Positions 59,946 to 64,000 of a DNA stretch of 64,000 nt are shown piece after piece. This DNA is from the human T2T-CHM13v2.0 reference genome, Homo sapiens. Position 1 is the first letter of the stretch; each line of letters starts with the position of its first letter. Where the stretch lies: assembly GCF_009914755.1 (NCBI RefSeq), contig NC_060933.1; one strand, written 5' to 3'. Below the pieces are notes generated by a model. It saw only the letters and a program-made list of their open reading frames with translations. It searched no databases and was not told the origin of the DNA. The position numbers and the translations under genes were made by a program.

Positions 59946-60474
59946 GCAGGGGGAGGGGAGTGGGGAGGCATGTATAAGAGGCACAAAGAAGAGATAAAAT
60001 CAAAAAGTACATAATATGTCTTTTACTTTCCTCAGGCAAAAATTGTTTTTCTATTTGGTCTTAGTTCGGCTTAGTGTTAACTGCCAGCTCTAAGTCATGC
60101 CTTCCTTTGGAAGACATTTTCAATCAGAATGTACGCTAGAACATCCTGTTAGACTGTTCTGATTTTATGGACTAATGTCTTCTGTCTTTCTGTCTTCAGG
60201 AGTTTCTGGGCTTGTAGACTTTTGGACACGTGGAAACTGTTATATGCAAAACCACAGGTGCTTCTATCTATGTGTTCAGTTTTTATTCCTGCATACAACT
60301 GTACAATAAATATAATCTTTGTTCTTTAGAAAACAACAATTGTTCTTTTGCAGTTTGAACTTTGAGCCTCACATTTTGATAGAATATTAGAGTGGTAATG
60401 ACTTCCAAGATAATTTGTGTAGCACTTTGCTTTTACAGATCAGAGAATTTGGGATGATAGCAAGTGAATGATTG

Positions 60475-62880
<2,406 letters not shown>

Positions 62881-63111
62881 AAAGATCCCACTGCTTTGGT
62901 AGTGACAAGACCCCTATGAAATACTAGGTGTAGAATTTCATGGCCCATTCCGTTTTTCTGCTGTACCACACACAGCCTCATAACATTTCAATAACCATCT
63001 TCAGAAATGAGCCTTATGTCATCCTCTCCCTGTCAGCCCCCACATGATATCGTAGCATGAAGGTTTCCTGAGTTTGGTAGTCTGAAACAATCTCTCTTCT
63101 CCCTCCATGAT

Positions 63112-63540
63112 GCAGTGGAAAGAGCATGGAATTGGAATAATTCACTCAACTATATTTATTGAATGCCTTCTCTATGCCAAGAATGTGACCAGGACCTAGG
63201 AATACAAAAGTGAGTGAAGGACGTTATCCTGGTTTTTACAGTCTATTTGGACTTGAATCTTGCAACTTATCACTTGTATATCTCAGACAAATCATTTTGC
63301 CTCTCTGATACCCCATTCTCTGATCTTTAAAATAAGGGTAAATTCAATTTTTTAAAGTCCTAAGAATTAATTAATGTATAAAAATGTAAATCTTCTGGCA
63401 CATTTCTGACAAACAGCAGGCATTCGCTCAATAAACGTTAATATCTTCCCTCTAACTTCTAAGGATTATTGTGAAAATCAAGTAAGATAATGGATATAAA
63501 ATTGTGTTGTGAATTGGAAGCATATGTTATAGTTACAGAT
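63112..63540. mobile_element. MIR and L2 relics
   Basis: 'gcagtggaaagagcatgga', 'attcactcaactatatttattgaatgcc', 'gcctctctgataccccattctc'. Confidence 0.6.
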
Positions 63541-64000
63541 GAAGTTGGAGTTTTAGAGGGTCTACAACTTTCCTCACCTTTCAAGTTCAATTCTAATGAG
63601 AAGAGGAAGACACCTCAGGATTAAAGTAGCTATTTAGTTACTGATAAAAGCTGGTTTAGAAGTTGATTTTGATGTGCTTCCCATTCCTTTACTTCAGAGT
63701 GCAACTTCCCTGCTCAGGCACAGGCATACTGGAATAGCTACAAGTTTTACCCACTGGAACAGGTAATTTATTTCAAGGCAGAGAGCAAAGAGAATAAATG
63801 TTTTCTGCAGGGAAGTGGAGAAGCTGTGAAGGGGTAGAGCTACCCATGGCTAATTCTGTTTTCAAACTCACCTATCAAGTAAATTGCTTGACCTCATGTG
63901 GAAGAGAAACTGCAAATGCTAATTTTTGAAAACTTCTCTGCATGGAAAGGAAATAGAAGGCCAAAAAAATATATGTTTCTCCAACAGATACATACATATT

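Overview
AT-rich primate (most likely human or great-ape) nuclear DNA that looks intronic or intergenic. I found no recognisable host protein-coding exon, RNA gene or CRISPR array. Much of the window is transposable elements. These comprise 12 Alus, old L1M tracts mostly on the minus strand, three primate L1PA 3' pieces plus one L1PA2, MaLR LTRs (MLT1, THE1), ERVL and ERV1 LTRs (MLT2B, LTR8, LTR12C, LTR47/32-like, LTR33/41-like), L2/MIR relics, MER53, MER103C and microsatellites. The most notable items are: (1) a 5'-inverted L1PA2 whose inversion junction creates an uninterrupted 615-aa ORF spanning almost exactly the ORF2p RT core; (2) an older 5'-inverted L1PA13-16 with a ~1.4-kb internal deletion; (3) a CpG-rich solo LTR12C nested in an Alu nested in an MLT1; (4) a small palindrome/templated-duplication scar; (5) several + strand candidate exons consistent with a + strand host transcript. 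Repeat families were recognised from memory of consensus sequences, and boundaries of old elements are approximate. The evidence does not support a genuinely new biological system; the best leads are exaptation candidates.
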